Below, one piece after another: positions 8,262-9,976 of a stretch of 9,976 nt of DNA. Below the pieces are notes generated by a model that was not told the DNA's origin, ran no database searches, and worked only from the letters and a program-made list of their open reading frames with translations. This stretch comes from Octopus sinensis. Lineage: Eukaryota. The stretch spans positions 1 to 9,976 of the forward strand of contig NW_021827661.1 in the NCBI RefSeq assembly GCF_006345805.1, in the 5' to 3' direction. The first letter of the stretch is position 1. Every line of letters begins with the position of its first letter. Made by a program: the position numbers and the translations under genes.

Positions 8262-8577
8262 GGGCCGTGGCTTAGTGGTTAGGGCATTCGGCTCATGATC
8301 GTAAGGTTGTGAGTTCGATTCCCGGCGACGCGTTGTGTCCTTGAGCAAGACACTTTATTTCACGTTGCTCTCCAGTCCACTCAGCTGGCAAAAGTGAGTT
8401 GTACTTGTATTCAAAGGGTCAGCCTTGTCACTCTCTGTGTCACGCTGATTATCCCGAGAACTACGTTAAGGGTACACGTGTCTGTGGAATGCTCAGCCAT
8501 TTGCACGTTAATTTCACGAGCAAGCTGTTCCGTTGATCGTATCAGCTGGGACCCTCGTCGTCGTAACCGGCGGAGTC
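8262..8577 (+). mobile_element. Near full-length tRNA-derived SINE with CORE-like central segment
   Basis: A box TGGCTTAGTGG 8268-8278 and B box GTTCGATTCC 8313-8322. These are followed by tgtgtccttgagcaagacacttta..., resembling the CORE-SINE motif TGTGACCTTGGGCAAGTCACTT, then a distinct 3' region ending in a T-run at 8578-8591. Confidence 0.88.
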
Positions 8578-8619
8578 TTTTTTTTTTTTTTAAATATATA
8601 TTTATATACAGAGAGAGAG

Positions 8620-8657
<38 letters not shown>
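8578..8657. repeat. Poly-T, (TA)n and (AG)n tract
   Basis: Direct reading. Confidence 0.93.
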
Positions 8658-8661
<4 letters not shown>

Positions 8662-9174
8662 CTGTTTCAAACATCATTTATGTTATCCAGATTCTATATC
8701 TTTCCCACACTGACATTTAATATGGCTACCTCTTGCAGTAAATCGATAAAAGGTGGTAACATGAAAGGAAATAGCAATGAACAGATTTAAAGGAAAGCAC
8801 TTCTATAGTCTTCGAACACGCCGAAACGATTTCAAGAAACGATAAACAGAAAAAAATGATAGACAATAACCCAAAATGACTTCATTTCTTCTACTGTTAA
8901 TTAATAATTACTGGTTCATTGCGTGCTTTTGGTAATTTCTCGTAGAATAACTTTGATTCTCTGCCGAAATCAGAAACCGCCATACTGTGCTTTGAATTAC
9001 GCGCTTTACGGCGAGTGCTGAGCGTTTTCATCGTTTATTTTGTCTTGACTCATTATTTGTTATATGCCCCCCATCCCCCATTTATTAGGTATGAAGTAGG
9101 TTTTTCTCAACATCATTAAATATGTCATTCGGTTGCACTATTTTTAGCTTAGTATTATTTTTTTTTTTATTTTT

Positions 9175-9790
9175 CACCATTTCTGTCCTTGCTTTCTACT
9201 CTCCAAACAAATAGCTGTTATTTCATCCTCTGTGTTACATTTCTTGGCTTCCTTGGAATTAGAAATTTTTGTTTGTTTTAGTCGTATTTTGTTGAAATTT
9301 CTGTACATTTTTCTTTTGTTCTTAGCATTTGTTCTTACCAAATATTTCTCTAGTTTTCTATAGATATTTTGACACAGCTTCTCACTTTCCGAAGCCATGT
9401 AACTCACGGTTTTTGTGGTAAATATAATCTTTCTATGTCTGAATGTGGATGGTGTATGGCAAATTTAGTAAAGGCCAATTCTCAAAAACCTGGATCATTC
9501 CTGTCTTTGGCTGGTTGTCTTAATCCGCCGCTCACTTTGGGATTAACATTTGACCATTGGGTACTTTTACTGTTTTTCGGTATCTGGATAACCTTTCTTC
9601 TTCCTCCAGTTTCGGAGCATCTGCAAATGGCAATGTTCGTTGCTATTTCTCTTCTGACAACGGTATTAGTTGTACCAAGGGTGAAAAGTCCATATAAAAT
9701 AAATTTATTTTCACAAACATCAAATATGCAACTTCAATGCTTCAGGGAGATCCATCCTTAGCATATGCTAAGGCAACTCTGGAATTGTGT
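9175..9790 (-). pseudogene. Highly decayed reverse transcriptase/thumb fragment of an R4/Dong-like non-LTR retrotransposon
   Basis: Minus-strand remnants occur in the expected order across frameshifts: FQSCLS at 9784-9767 (cf. FQGDxLS), KINLFYMD at 9711-9688 (cf. INHLLYMDD), KTVK..NGQ.LI, HHPHSDIERLYLP at 9454-9416 (cf. HPKSDVDRLYLP), and a final KQGQ (cf. LHGQ). It is not in the ORF track as a single ORF. Confidence 0.7.
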
Positions 9791-9976
9791 TGTGATGTAT
9801 GAGGGTAGATACTGGGTGTTAGAGCAGATAAATTTCTACGTTTTCGGTAGAGAATGACAGAGAGATAAGATGAAGAATCTTCGAAAGTATCTCAAGTATG
9901 TTTTTAATTTCATTTTGATTAATCATAGCCACGACATAAGACATTCCATTCGATTGAGCTATTTCTATCGTAAGAA

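Noticed and set aside
8262-8335. Possible tRNA gene (A and B boxes)
   Set aside because: No convincing acceptor-stem pairing, and it continues into a SINE body. It is a tRNA-derived SINE head.
9369-9761. 130-aa hydrophobic plus-strand ORF resembling a membrane protein
   Set aside because: It starts at TTG and lies antisense to the decayed RT. Hydrophobicity is expected from the complement of A-rich LINE coding sequence.

Overview
AT-rich eukaryotic non-coding DNA made almost entirely of microsatellites and transposon remnants. No intact cellular gene can be supported, and most listed ORFs are translated simple repeats. The SINE types and the density of (ATT)n/(TA)n/(TG)n arrays resemble an Octopus/cephalopod genome (inference from recalled SINE sequences, no search run). 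Main content: (1) three 5'-truncated ends of R4/Dong-clade non-LTR retrotransposons with the restriction-like endonuclease (RLE) C-terminus, plus two copies of a probable 3' UTR-only family, all beside (TAA)n in the element's sense orientation; (2) a decayed R4/Dong-like reverse transcriptase fragment at about 9175-9790 (-); (3) an internally deleted Tc1/mariner element with 66-bp TIRs and TA target duplication (7375-7731); (4) several tRNA-derived SINEs, one near full length with intact A/B boxes; (5) a ~490-bp fold-back built from a ~165-bp tandem monomer (4742-5228).
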